Positions 38,831-52,402 of a stretch of 64,000 nt of DNA are shown in pieces. The stretch is from the NCBI RefSeq assembly GCF_018350175.1, contig NC_058368.1:114206001-114270000 (forward strand). The letters are read 5' to 3'. The position numbers were made by a program, and so were the translations under genes. Each line of letters starts with the position of its first letter. Positions within the stretch are counted from its first letter, which is position 1. The notes under the pieces were generated by a model. That model was given only the letters and a program-made list of their open reading frames with translations. It had not been told where the DNA came from and searched no databases. The stretch comes from Felis catus (Eukaryota).

Positions 38831-40179
38831 CTTTTAAAAAGTAAATTTAAATCAGTTTTATGAAAGATCCCCTGTAAATGTGCCAACACAAACTCTAACC
38901 AACATAAGAAACAAAGTCTATCAGATTAATATTCACAGGATTCTCTGCAGGAAACCAAATAACATCATTTACCATTCATGCAGGAATCTTTAGGTCTCCC
39001 TTACAGTAAACATATGAGTAGCAAACTGTACAACTGCTTTATCAGACAACAGTAAGCCACTCTGGTTTGGCACATATAACATCTCTCAGCTTTATAAAAA
39101 AAATTTTTAACAGCCAGTATTATGCTAGTTTTCATAAACAGATTATTCTTAGTTCTAAATGCTTTCATGCTGATACCCTCAAGGGAAATACTTAAAAATT
39201 TTTCAAATTTTAATGATGTTTTTGGGAAGTTCATTTCTGAAGGAAACATTGGGGAGAAAAATCACATATACGTGCACAAAAAGAGTTTAGCCATGGGTCC
39301 ATTTCTAGTAGTTTCAAATGTGCCGAAAGTTAACACTTAGTGACTTCTGCAAAAAACAAAACAAAACAAGAAAAGATAAATGAAGGTCTTCCTCCAGAGT
39401 GCTTAAATGTCAACTAAGATTAAGTCTTTTTCTGATATTTTGCTACAATGATTTGTTGTTTATATTTTTCATTTCCTTTATGGGTTGCCTATTTAATTAT
39501 CGAAGATCTATCTTTACATGGTCTGATCAGTTATATTTTCCTCAGTAATACTTGCAATTTCTAAGCTTACACACATTACATACTTACATGATTAGAAGTA
39601 TTGTGTTTTTAATACCTGACAGTGTGGTATTTCAAATGGTGTGAAGAAAATGTATAAATCCAACATCCTTCCCTTCCGCATTTAATTTGTGGCTTCTGGT
39701 GAGCTTTTCCTGTACTGTACACCAAAATCTCAACAAGTTCTAATTCTCAACTACTTAGTCCATCAGTCTGTTACTAAAGCCTAATATCATGTTTTAACTT
39801 TTGTGGGAGTATATATCCTCTGTTATTTTTCAAATCTGCCATTGTTAGGCAACTACTTACTTAACTTCTCAGAAGAATTTTCTCACCTTTTCCCATCAGA
39901 TTAGATTATTAAAATGCTAATAGATACATGGATATAAGAAAACTTACTAGAAATGCAAATCTAAAGATTAAGATAAAATATATATAAATAATTATATATA
40001 AATAATTTTTAAAATAGCATGTTTTTATAATTATACACACACAGGCTAGTAAAGATTAAGCCAGAATGTGGAGGCTTTCTTACAACCCCTAAAACAAGGA
40101 TTTGATCCATGGACCACCTATATCACACTGTCCTGGGGTGACAGTGCTATTTTATTGGAGATCTATACCCCACCCCAGA

Positions 40180-41690
40180 CCCCAAAAACAATAAAGCAAA
40201 AATAAATAACATAGCACTGGCACAAGAAAAAACAAACAGAACAGAAATGTACCCATGAATACACACTTGATAAGGAACAAAGGTGGTACTACAGAAAGCA
40301 GGGAAAAGGGCAGTCTTTCCAAAAATGAGTACTCGGACAATTTGTTAACTCATATTGAAAAAAATAAGTTGGCACCGTCTCACACACAAGGACAATATAA
40401 TATAATGCAGATTATACACCTAAACAAGAAATGTGAAGGTTCTTAGAAGGTAATAGAAGGTTACCAGTAGGTAATTCTGAGAAGTAATAGAAGTTCTTAG
40501 AAGGTAATATAGGAATGTTAACTAAACTGAAATTGAAATTTTAAACGTAATAGAAAAATAAAACAAATAAAATTTATTTTTATGGCAAAAAAAGATAATA
40601 CAGAAATATATATTTAGAAAAAGATTTCTTAAACAGAACCCCAAAAGCATTAACCACAAAGGGAAAAGAACAGTAAACCTGAATGAAATTAAGAATCATT
40701 CTTCAGAAGACACAATATGAGAAGGAAAAGGCACAACATAAAATGAAAAGATATTTCCAATGCATACTTTTAAAGGGCTCCTACAATTCAACAAGGAAAA
40801 AAAACAGTAGAAAATCAAGAAACAGAACAGCTATTTCACAAAAGAATTAACTGATAATACACACATGAAAAGGGGATGAACCTATTAAAATGACAAGGAA
40901 ATAATATTATATATCCTCCAAAACTATTAATACCAAGTGTTGGCAAAGATGCGAAGCACTGGGAATGCTCATGCACTGTTAGTGTAAATTGGGGCAAGCA
41001 CTTTGGGAAACAATTTGGTAATATTTACAAAAGTTAAAAGTCAAATTTATGTCTTCATGTACATGCATACGTGCACCAGAAGATGTATATAAGAATGTAC
41101 ACGACAGGGGCATGTGGGTGGCTCAGTTGGTTAAGCGTCGACTTTGGCTCAGTTCATGATCTCATGGTCCATGAGCTGTCATCGCAGAGCCCGCTCTGGA
41201 TCTTCTGTCCCCCTTTCTGCCCCTCCCTCACTTGCGCTTTTTCTCTCTCTCAGAAAATAAACTTAAAAAAAAAAAAATGTACACAACAAAAATAAATAAT
41301 CAACAAGTAAAAATAATCCAAAGGTCTGCCAATATTAAATTGGATCACTGATGTGTAATCTTAGGATGGAATACTTTACAGCAATAAAATGAACCACAAT
41401 GACCTACGACATGGACAAATCTCACATACAATGTTTAGTGAAAGCAGCTGGATCAAAAATATATACACAGTGACATTTAATTTTCATAAAACTAAAAACT
41501 AGTGTCAAAAAGTTAGCATAGTGGTTACCGTTAGAGGGGAGAGAAGAGATCAGGACCGTGAGACCTACTGGGGTGCTATCAGGGTTTATTCTACATGCGG
41601 ATGGTGGTTACAAAGATGTGCTTTGACTAACTTGCTTTGCTATATACATTGATGCCTATTTCTGTGTGCATGATTTATTTCCCAATTTTT
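40180..41690 (+). mobile_element. Highly diverged L1M with nested SINE (about 41107-41278)
   Basis: Residual ORF2 3' motifs such as ccaagtgttggcaaagatg. Confidence 0.6.
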
Positions 41691-41754
41691 TTTAAAGCTT
41701 TTAAAAAACAGATTTCTGAGGCCCTCCCAGAGGAGGTAGGGTCCAAAAGCCTAC

Positions 41755-41779
41755 TTTTTTTTTTTTTTTAATATTTATT

Positions 41780-41831
<52 letters not shown>

Positions 41832-42002
41832 CACAAGCAGGAGAGGGGCAGAGACAAAAGGAGACACAGAATCCGAAACAGGCTCCATGCTCTGTCTAGG
41901 CTGTCAGCAGAGCCTGATATGGGGCTCGAACCCACAAACCATGAGATCATGACCTCAGCTGAAGTCGGACATTTAACCAACTGAGCCACCCAGGCACTCC
42001 CC
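41755..42002 (-). mobile_element. CAN-SINE with (GA)n
   Basis: Flanked by ccaaaag(c/t)ctac duplication. Confidence 0.9.
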
Positions 42003-43170
42003 AAAAGTCTACATTTTTTTATAAATACCACTGACAATTCTTATCCATACTAGAAGTTAAAGTTGCTAGATTTATTTCTAGCTTCCAAAATGACTAAACT
42101 TTAATATAATCTTCCAGTTATCCAAAAGAGCAAAAAAAAAAAAAAAGCAAGAATTCTAATGGTCCTATATTGGATAGATCGACAGAGTTGATCTTTTGTT
42201 TCCTATCCCTTTTAAATGATACTGGGATTAAATTACAAATACATGTATATATGTATTTGTATATATCTGTATGTAGTAATCAATGAGCTAGATTATTAGT
42301 GTAAGAGTAAAGGTTGTTTAGCCCTAAAGATATGGAGGGACAATCAAACAACTGCTTTCAACAGACCCTCTCCCTACCCCAAAAAGCCTTAGTAAATAAA
42401 TCAAATAGATTTTATACTTTATAAGTCAGATTGTCACGCACGAGGCTACAGAAGTTGACTGTACAAATTCGTTCTCTGACCTTGTAAAGGACAAAGGAAT
42501 GATTTAGTTTTCAGACTTCAAAGAATTTATTATTTTCAGACTTAGCCAATTTCTTTGGGTAGAAAGCACTTATGCACAAACCATGGCTAACACACATCTA
42601 TGGTTGTAAAAAGGATTTATCAATAAAATTATGCCATCTGTAACAGCAACAAAATAGCATAGGAATCAAGAGGATGTGAGTTCTGATAAATAAAGACAAA
42701 AGAAAAATAACTGCTTACAAATTTAAAGTCAATTATTTAGGTACTATATGGACAGATGCCACAAAACCCACCTCATGGGGATTTTCACTAAACCCCCAAA
42801 GAAGACCAGACTAACAGAAGCAACAATAAATTACAAGGGTCATACATATTTTAAAGTCCTTAGTCAAGTATAATATTAAAAGATTACAAAAAAAAAAAAA
42901 AAGAATACAGTCATTCTCTGACCTTTTTCTCCCTTCTGTTAACTCTATTTTTAAATCTGCCCACAAGCATGTAATCTTCTTGAGAGTATTACATAAAATC
43001 AATCTTGCAGCCATTTATTCCAATTATAAGTATTTTGTAATTCAAATACAGTGATCATAGGGAACTACTATTATTTTAATTTCTCAATTACAAATATGTG
43101 ATGTTATAAATAACACTTCATAAAAGTACTGCAGCTCTGCTTCAATTAAATCTGATAAGGATCACTTTAC

Positions 43171-43196
43171 CTGTGCAACAGAGCTCTGCAAGCCAT
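43171..43196 (-). CDS. FAM13B: Candidate alternative first coding exon (MACRALLH/S) of a short RhoGAP-less isoform
   Basis: agaATGG Kozak context, CAG|gtaaag donor, phase 2 matching the 36613 acceptor; resembles the FAM13A short-isoform start. Confidence 0.5.
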
Positions 43197-44527
43197 TCTG
43201 AACCCATGGCATCTCCCAACAAAAACATCAGGTAAAGAGACTTCAAACACCATAAAGGATGGTGATGGGCTTATAAAAACTGCTGAGCAATTATCAGAGC
43301 TGCAGTCTAAACAGAAGCAGGCTGCAACATGAGGTCACTACTGACAAGGAGAGACCTAATCAAGAGTCCACAAATTTCTTCCCAAGTCTGTGCAATTTTG
43401 CAGGACATAGGGAAAAGGGGACAAAATTCTGAATCTGGGTAGCACTCCTGTAGAAATATTTAAGCCTACTCCAACATAAAGCAGAAAAACCAATCTGTTT
43501 GCATTAGTCATACTACCCTATCTGAAGACAGAAGTTATGACTAATATGAAATTGATAAAACAGTACACAAAAAGTACAATACTACTAATGTTCATTTGTT
43601 ACCCATATTTAGAAAACCATTAGTGGTTAATTTTTCAAATCTAAAATTATGATAATTTCTATACTCCAAAACTATAATTTTAAAAACAATCATCTCAGAA
43701 AGTAAATATATATTAAAACAAGAAAAATCATATATCCCTTTCAAGCCAAAAGCAAAAGCCTTTCTTCACTCTTCCTATTAACTTGGGAATACCCTATAAC
43801 TATGATAAGAATAAAGTGAAAGATTCTTTACAACTAGAAAGTCAGTAAGTAATAGTAACTACAAGTCTTTAAAACATTAAATGCATCATTTATAGGGCAA
43901 GGGGAGGGAAAAGAAAGAGAACTCGTCAATATCTATGGTGCTCTGGTACTTTAAAACAATTTTTACTTTATTAGAACTTTCTTATGACCCAAAGCATAAA
44001 TTCTACTTTTCCCTGCCCAACTATTCTGACACTTCCACAACGTACATTTTTCCTGAGCTGAAATCAAGTGTCAGACAGTTAACCAACTGAGCCACTCTGG
44101 CACCCCACATTTTCCTCCTCTTTAGTGGAACCTCACTAGTGAAAACGTAATGGACTGCCAAACAAATATTTTGCAAATTACTGGATTCAATGGATGAAAG
44201 AAGGGAAATGTTATGACTACCTTTCTGAACCACCTGTAGTCAGTCAGCTGAGGGCCCATTTCCTCAACAATAAGGCATCCACAGAATGAATTTGTAGAGA
44301 CTAATCTCAAAACCCTAAACTCAGAGCTCTTCCTCAAACACTACACCTTTTATCCTGCACTACACCCAAAAAGAACAAACCATCAGAAACCAATGAACTC
44401 ACAAAAATAAAGCCGTAGCATCAACAGCCCATAAAAAGATACTGAAATTTTCACTTCTGAATTCCAAGGTTTACGAAGGCAAAGCACAATTATAAATGAA
44501 CTTCATAAGAATGTAAGAATGCCAATT

Positions 44528-45250
44528 AATTTTTTTTTTGAGAGAGAGAGAAAGAGAGTGAGAAAGAGCAAGTGCAAGTCGGGGAGGGGTAGAGGGGAGG
44601 AGAGAGAGAATTTCAAGCAAGATCCACACCCAGAGCACAGTTTGATGTGGGACACGATCTCACAACTGTGAGATTATGACCTGAGCCTAAAACAATAGTC
44701 GGAGACTAAACCAAGTGAGCCACCCAGACGCCCCTGCCAATAAACCTTTTGATGTATAGTTCTGCAAACATGAGTATACATTAAAATTTACCTAGGGGCA
44801 CCAGGGTGGCTTAATCAGTTAACCATCTAACTTCAGCTCAGGTCATGATCTTACGGTTTGTGGGTTTAAGCCCAGTGTAGGGCTCCGCACTGACAGCTGG
44901 GAGGCTTGAGCCTGCTTCAGATTCTTTGTCTGCCCCCCTCTCTCTCTGCTCCTCCCTGACTTGTGCTCTCTCACTCTCAAAAATAAATAAATGTTTTTTT
45001 TTTAAATAAAAATTAAAAAATGGGGCACCTAGGTGGCTCAGTCAGTTGAGTGTATGACTTCGGCTCAGGTCATGATCTCGCGGTTCGTGGGTACGAGCCC
45101 CGCATCAGGCTCTGTGCTGACAGCTCAGAGCCTAGAGCCGGCTTCAGATTCTGTGTCTCCCTCTCTCTCTGCCCCTTCCTTGCTCATGTTCTCTCTCTCT
45201 CAAAAATAAATAAGCATTAAAAAAAATTTTTTTTAATAAAAAAAATAAAA
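44528..45250. mobile_element. SINE cluster (minus 44528-44734, plus from 44795, nested plus from 45022)
   Basis: Three recognisable heads and tails. Confidence 0.85.
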
Positions 45251-45620
45251 TTTACCTAAACCTGAAGCCTAGGTAAAATATATGAGGCACAAATTAAAAA
45301 AAAAAAAAAAAGTGAAAAACTTGTTCAGAACTCTCCTACCTCTGTAAATTTTTTCAAGGTAGATTCCCCTAAAATTTGTACATTTAAACAACAAAGGTAA
45401 ATAACAGATAAGTATGTGCAGAGAGAGCAATAATTCTTTATCTACAGATACAGTCACTTTGGAAAGGATCTTGAGATTTTCATGGACCTCATGGATAAGA
45501 TGAAGCCTCAGAAGCAACCTGGTTTTTACATATCCTAAACTACCTATACCTAACCCCCAGCATTTTTTCCATTCTGAAGGCAGTTCAAATCATCACAAAA
45601 TAGGACTAATAGTAAATGAT

Positions 45621-47325
45621 ATACAGAAATAATGGATGCATAAACAGACTGATCAGTACAACTCCTACACAAATATTTAAACCACTGGTTCTCAAAGGGT
45701 GGTCTGTGAACAAAAAGACCAAAACTATTTTCATAACATTTGCCTTTTTCCACTGTGGTGACATTTGCATAAGGAAGCAAAATCAATGGTAGAAAAAAAT
45801 GCTTGGGGTCTTAGCACAAATCCAGGCAAGTGGTACCAAACCATACCATGGCCATTGCATTCTTCACCACCCCTCACTTGTGATTTTTTAAAAAGAAGAC
45901 CAATCCTTGATGAAGCAGCAGAAAAATTATTAATTTTTAAAATTTTTTTTTCAACGTTTATTTTATTTTTGGGACAGAGAGAGACAGAGCATGAACGGGG
46001 GAGGGGCAGAGAGAGAGGGAGACACAGAATCAGAAACAGGCTCCAGGCTCCGAGCCATCAGCCCAGAGCCTGACGCGGGGCTCGAACTCACGGACCGCGA
46101 GATCGTGACCTGGCTAAAGTTGGACGCTTAACCGACTGCGCCACCCAGGCGCCCCAGAAAAATTATTAATTTTATCTCAGCTCTGAGTATACTTCATTTT
46201 AGTACTTGGTATGACAAAAATGGGAAGTATACATAAAACACTTCTGAGGCATAGCATAGTACAATGTTTGTCTTGTTTGAGTTGACAGGTGAACTTTTAT
46301 CATGGAACACCATTTTCATTGGAAAGGTCAGCTGACAAATTATGGTTATTCCAACCTGAACATCTGGCAGACATTTTCTCAAAAATGAGCAAGACTGCAA
46401 CTTTAAGAAAAACAAGTGACAATACTGTTAAAATTTGAGTTTTCAAGCAAACATTTGAATTTTTGAAAACCCCTATCTTCATAAATTCAATAATGTCCCA
46501 GTACTTAAAGATGTTTTTGATACAATCAGTGGTGATATTAAAGAATGTAAATTCAGGGTGCCTGAGTGGTTCAATCAGTTGAGTATCTGACTCTTGAATT
46601 CAGCTCAGGTCACAATCCCAGAGTCGTGGGATCAAGCCTTGCATTGGGGCCCCACTCTGAGCATGGAGCCTGTTTAAGATTCTCTCTTGGGGTGCCTGGG
46701 TGGCTCAGTCAGTTGAGCATCAGACTCTGGCTCTGGTCACAGTCTCACGGCTCGTGAATCTGAGCCCAGCATCAGGTTCACTGACAACAAAGAGCTTGCT
46801 TCAGATCCTCTGTCCTCCCCTATCTGCCCCTCCCCCAGTCATGCTGACACTCTTAAAAATATACACTAAAAAAAAAAATTCTCTTTCTCCCTCTGTCCTT
46901 TTCCCCTACTCGTGTGCATGCTCTTGCTCTAAAAATAAAAAAAATTCATTACATTAACATTTAATGGGTTTATTGCTACTTTAAAAAATATATAAATTTC
47001 AGTTTTGAGGCACCTGGGTGGCCTAATCAGTTAAGGGTCTGACTACATTTCAGTTCAGATCATAATTTCACGGTTCATGAGATCGAGCCCTGTGTCGGGT
47101 TCTGCACTAAAAGTGCAGGGCCTGCTTGGGATTCTCTTTCTCCATCTTTCTCTGCCCCTCCTCTGTTCTGTCTCTCTCTCAGAATAAATACATAAACAAT
47201 AAAAAAAAAAAAATTCTCAATTTTAATTCCCAATAATGTAAATACCAATAGCCATAACCCCCAGAAACAAAAGTTCTTTGAGTTCTAAATAAATCTAAAG
47301 TGTAAAAAAAACTTAAAACTGCTGA
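45621..47325. mobile_element. hAT-Charlie1-like element with nested SINEs
   Basis: Starts cactggttctcaaa and ends aaaactgctg; young minus SINE 45938-46155 with TSD agaaaaattattaatttt; plus SINEs at about 46556, 46689 and 47007. Confidence 0.7.
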
Positions 47326-47616
47326 CTGAGAACTAATAAAGGAGATGGAATTTATCAACAGAAAAACGTAACAGCTGTGTTACATAAAAACAGCTGTATT
47401 ACAGCTGCAAATACAAGCATCTTCCAAACTACAACCCAACAAAGCCACACTTCCAGTGGCTTAAATTTGCTGTTTTAATTTGTAACATGGTAAATGCCTA
47501 CAGGTATAATCCACATTAACAAAGGTCTTGTAGTCATCAATAATTTTTAAGAATTTAACATGTGAAAACAAAAAATTTGATAACTGCTTTTTTAAACCAT
47601 CATTAAATGTTTATTT

Positions 47617-48045
47617 GCCTGGGTGGCTCACCTGGTTAACCAACCGACTTGGGCTCAGGTCATGAGCTTATAGCCTGTGAATTTGAACCCCATGGGGGAC
47701 TCTGTGCTGACAGCTGAGAGCCTAAAACCTGCTTCAGACTCTGTGCCTCCCTCTCTCTCTGCCCTCCCCTGCTTGCGCTCTGTCTCCCTCTCAAAAATAA
47801 ATAAATAAACATTGGGGCGACTAGGTGGCTCAGTTGGTTAAGCGGCCGACTTCAGCTCAGGTCATAAATCTCACGGTTTGTGAGTTCAAGCCCCAGGTCG
47901 GACTCTGCTGAGAGCTCAGAGCCTGGAACCTACTTCAGATTCTGTGTCTCCCTCTCTGTCCCTCCCTTACTCATGCTCTGTCTTTGTCTCTGCCTCTCCC
48001 TCAAAAATAAATAAACTTTTTTTTATTTAAATAAACATTAAATAA
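47617..48045 (+). mobile_element. Tandem/nested SINE pair
   Basis: Second copy from 47814 flanked by aaataaacatt duplication. Confidence 0.85.
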
Positions 48046-48444
48046 TTTTTTAAAATGTTTATTTCCCTTAGGTTTCTAACATATTTTCCCACAGCTACCT
48101 CTGAAGAGAAAAAGAGTCACTACCTAACACTGTAGTAAATGTTTATGAACTACCTCACAGAAAAATTCAACAAGATGGCACGTTAAAAGTTACCAAAAGT
48201 TCAATCTCCAGTTTCATGAAGTACAGTATCCACTAATTCCCTAAAACAAATTTATTAATGCTCCCTATATTCTAGGGCTGTGCACTCTAGGGATATCTCT
48301 CCCCTATTTTTCTTTCATCCATGGTGGATAACCAAAGAATGTATTTTTTATCTTCATGCAATCATTCAGCCAAAACTACAAAAAAGGCTAATATACAAAT
48401 ATTAACTGAAATTTTGATCATCACTAAATCTCAAAGATGACTCT

Positions 48445-48872
48445 GGTAGACACCTATCTTGCTGTCTGACAGCCCTATCCCTTTCTTTTGGTAAATAGCC
48501 ACATTCCTCTGTGGCAAACTAGTTCCTCTTCCTATCCAATGGTCTTGGTAGATACATAAATTACAATGACCAGTTCTACCCTGGCCAGGTGATTGGACAG
48601 TGGATGCAATTTAGGCCACACCCTCTCCCCTGCTACTCCAGAGGAATTTGACCTTGAGTATAATGACAGATAGAAAGACAAATGAAATTCTCAAATAGCC
48701 ACATGCTAGAGATTCTTCCATAACCCTGCCACTAAATTCTCCACGGTTTCCAAATGTTATCTCTGCTTTTCCTTCTGACTCTGAGACCTGTCATTCTGCT
48801 AATAAACTGTCTTTTTTCTTTCCTTTAACAAGGTCCACTTCTGTGACTTGCCTTTAAGGAATCCTGACCACC
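48445..48872 (+). mobile_element. MLT1-like (ERVL-MaLR) LTR remnant
   Basis: gtgattgg box, aataaa and ttctgtgacttgc...tcctgac 3' end. Confidence 0.5.
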
Positions 48873-49004
48873 TACCTACCAGTCTATCTGAAAATTACCT
48901 GGCTGGAAGAAAGGAGGATTGTCTACAAAACTGGAAAGATGATCAAAAAGAAGAAACTAGTAGTGCTATGTATTTGAATATTAACTTTGCTAATAATTAA
49001 ATCC

Positions 49005-49200
49005 CCAAGAAATTTCTGCAATGACAGACATGTTCTATATCTGTACTGTCCAATACAGTGGCCACTCCCATGGCCATCGAGCACTTGAACTCTGGCTAAT
49101 ACAACTGTGAAAGTGATTTTTTAACTTTATTTAATTTTTACTGGTTCAAGTTTAAAAAATAGCCACATGTAGCTAGTGGCCACTGTATTGGAAAGCATAA
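49005..49200. mobile_element. MER3-like hAT element
   Basis: ctgtccaatacagtggccact ... agtggccactgtattgga inverted motifs. Confidence 0.75.
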
Positions 49201-49227
49201 CTCTAACTTAAAATAAAGAACATCCAT

Positions 49228-49418
49228 TTATTTTATTTTTTTTAATGTTTATTTATTTTTGAGGGTGGGGGAAGGGCGGGGGGGGGGGGAAACAGAGGAT
49301 CTGAAGCAGTCTCTACAGAGAGAGCGGAAAGCCCGATGTGGAGCTTGACCTCACAAACCACAAGTTCATGACAGGACCTGAAGTCGGCACTTAAGCGACT
49401 GAGCCACCCAGGTGCCCC
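49228..49418 (-). mobile_element. CAN-SINE
   Basis: Head ends ggtgcccc. Confidence 0.85.
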
Positions 49419-50761
49419 AAGAACTCCCATCTGTCTCCTGTCTTTAGGTCCTGGAGAAAATACTGCTAATGGCAATATAAATCAGGCTGTATATTTTAAG
49501 CACTCTGGAAATACTTATAAAAGCCAAAGAAAAGTTCATCACTAGTTGAGCCAAATAAATGTATGCAAATAGTTCAGAAGAAGAAAGAAGGGGCCTAAGA
49601 ACCTAAAAAGTTGATCATTAGCAATTTAATACAGACAATCTAGCTAAAATAATTCAAAATTTCCAGAAAAAAGGACAGTAAATATATAATTGAGATATAG
49701 ATAAATAGTTTGGCATACTGTTTATAAATATCTTAATATAATTAGAGTTAAGAGCCTTAACCCCAAATAAATTAAAAGGGCTTATAAACATAGAATAGCA
49801 CAAACAATGTTAAATCAAGGGCAAAAGAGTGAACAAGTTAATATACCATAATTGCAATCATGTTTGAAGAAATTATACATAATATACAAGGACCTAGAAG
49901 CTCACAAAGAAATTTAAGAGTTGTATTTGACAGTATGTATCTTAAATCACTTTGTAATTTTTCTAAATGACAATGGATAGTTTATCCCTTTGGTATCAGG
50001 TAGTCTAAATGATATTTTGCCTTCGAATGCTTTTAAATCATTTCCTCTGCTTTTTAACTACCACTTTATTGAACACAGATTTAATGAAAAATATCTAGTG
50101 ATCAAAAAAAAAAAAAAAAAAAAAGACAACAACAAATTCTAGTGATCTCAATATATTGCTGTTCCCCTAATTAGAAAAGGGGGTTAGTAAGGGTTAGTAA
50201 ACCATGAAACTTTACAGAGAACAGCACAGAATTGAGCAATACCTAAAGCTGCAGACTTCTTGAATTCTCTAAAGCTTTCTAAACAGTGTGTCCAGTGGCC
50301 CAAGCTATGCATTAAGACAGTGACTGTATCCTACCACACCTACCAAGTTTACATAGTATGCCATGTAAACAGTATCACTTCATACCTGAAATAAGACTGG
50401 AAAGCACTATAGTAATGCATCACAGAGTTCTCTCTTTACAGCCTACTTCTAGCCTAGAACTTGGAAATACAAGTCAATTCAACCACTTCCAAAGGTTCTG
50501 AAAATTTACCCAACCCAACTAACACACTAATACAAAAACAAACTTTAAGAAGAAATGTAAAAGTTCTATTTCGAAAGAAAAGTGTAAATGCTAATACTTG
50601 AAATTTCCTTATCAAGTTTGCTTAAAATTTTCTTGTTGCTCTTTTCCATACATAAACCAATCTTTTACATATTGTTACAATTTGTGTGATTTACTGCTTC
50701 AGTGAATCTACACCTAGAATAAAACTCTTAAAAGCTAAGGTTCTTTCAACTGAAATAATAC

Positions 50762-50922
50762 CTTGTTGATGCTGTAACACTATTTGGTTCCAGGATGTTT
50801 TCAGTCATCCTTAACTGTACCACCTCTGCCATATCACTTGATTTTTCTGCACCCTCTTCTGGAAGTTCTTCTATATGTTCCAGCTTTTCATCTTCCTCTT
50901 CTTCCTCAGAAAGCTCATTAAC
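50762..50922 (-). CDS. FAM13B: FAM13B exon, 161 nt, acidic region ([16 protein letters not shown]...SVTASTS)
   Basis: tgtag|GTTAAT...ACAAG|gtatt; phase 0 to 2. Confidence 0.95.
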
Positions 50923-51614
50923 CTACATAAACAAGACAAAATTGACAATTAAAATTTAATGAAACTTTTAACTGACATTATATAAGATATACTATTCTAA
51001 GAAAATTTAAGACACAGACAACTCATTTTTTACTTCATTTCCTAGGACCAATTTTTCCAAAGGAATAAGTAATTGCCAACTTTTCCATATTTGAAGAAAA
51101 CCTCAAACCAAATGTAACATTTTAAAACACGAAGTAATGATTGCATTAGCATATCACTAGGAATATGAGTAAGACCACACACCATGGAAAGCCTGCACAC
51201 TGTAGTTAGTTAACATTAAGAAAGCTTCATTTCCTAACCAATCAGTTTTATAAACTGAATAGTTACAAAGATTTCTAACTGACCTCTCCAATTTCCAGGT
51301 ACATTTAACAAGTGATGTTAACACAGAATAAATGTTGGAAAAGGGCAGAGTAATTTTGCCTTAAGGTGTTAAGTATGTTTTAGAAACTGTCAACTAACTT
51401 CTAAACGATTCAGATGGGATTTTTCAAGAGGAGATTGGACCTTACAAAAGGGAACTCACTAATTTGGTCATTAAGCACAACTCAAAGGTTATAATTCTGT
51501 TTCTGGCAGGGGCTATAAAATGTCTTCCATTATCAAACTGGCTACATAAGTAAACAATCACGCTAATAAAAGACCGTGAATAATATTAGAGAAGGAAAAC
51601 CAACAAAATATTCT

Positions 51615-51724
51615 TTTCTTTAAATGTTCATTTATTTATTTAATTAGTTATTTATTTTGAGAAAGAGACAAAGACAGAGAGAGAGGGAGGGAGGGAGGGA
51701 GAGGGAGGGGGGAGGGGGGGGAGA

Positions 51725-51781
<57 letters not shown>

Positions 51782-52402
51782 CATGCATGCAACAGCAGGG
51801 GAGGTGCACAGAGAGAAGGAGGGAATCCCAAGCAGGCTCTGCACTGTGATCAAGGAGTCCCATGTGGAGCTTGATCCCACGAATCGTGAAATCGTGACCT
51901 GAGCCGAAATCAAGAGTCAGAAGCTTTAACCAACTGAGCCATGCAGGCTCCCCCAAAACAAAATATTTTCAAATGAGGGACACCTGCTTGGGATTCTCCC
52001 TCTCCCTCTCTTTCTGCTCCTTCCCAGCTCACATGCGCCCTCGCCCACTCTCTCTCCCAAAATAAGTAAACAAACTTCAAGAAGTATTTTTTTCCCATAT
52101 AAGAAATAAATTTTAAAGCTATCTCAAAGAAGACATTAGCCATAAACTGCTTTAACACCTTTTATAATTTAATACTAGTCATTAAAGGGGCGCCTGGGTG
52201 GCTCAGTAGGTTGGGTGTCTGACTTTGGCTCAGGTCATGATCTCACGATCCGTGAGTTCAAGCCCCACGTAGGGCTCTGTGCTGACAGCTCAGAGCCTGG
52301 AGCCCGTTTCAGATTCTGTGTCTCCCTCTCTCTCTGCCCCTCCCCTGTTCATGCTCTTTCTCTGTCTCAAAAATAAATAAACGTTAAAAAATTAAAAAAA
52401 AA
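51615..52402. mobile_element. SINE cluster: minus copy with long G/A tract (to 51954), plus fragment, plus copy from 52187
   Basis: TSD aatactagtcattaaa around the last copy. Confidence 0.85.

Noticed and set aside
38973..39089. 117-nt exon-like unit (ttttataaag|CTGAG...AATG|gtaaat)
   Set aside because: Immediate stop in the needed phase, only moderate splice sites and no other support.
42811..43014. 67-aa minus-strand ORF next to the candidate first exon
   Set aside because: Runs through a poly(T) tract and has no recognisable homology.
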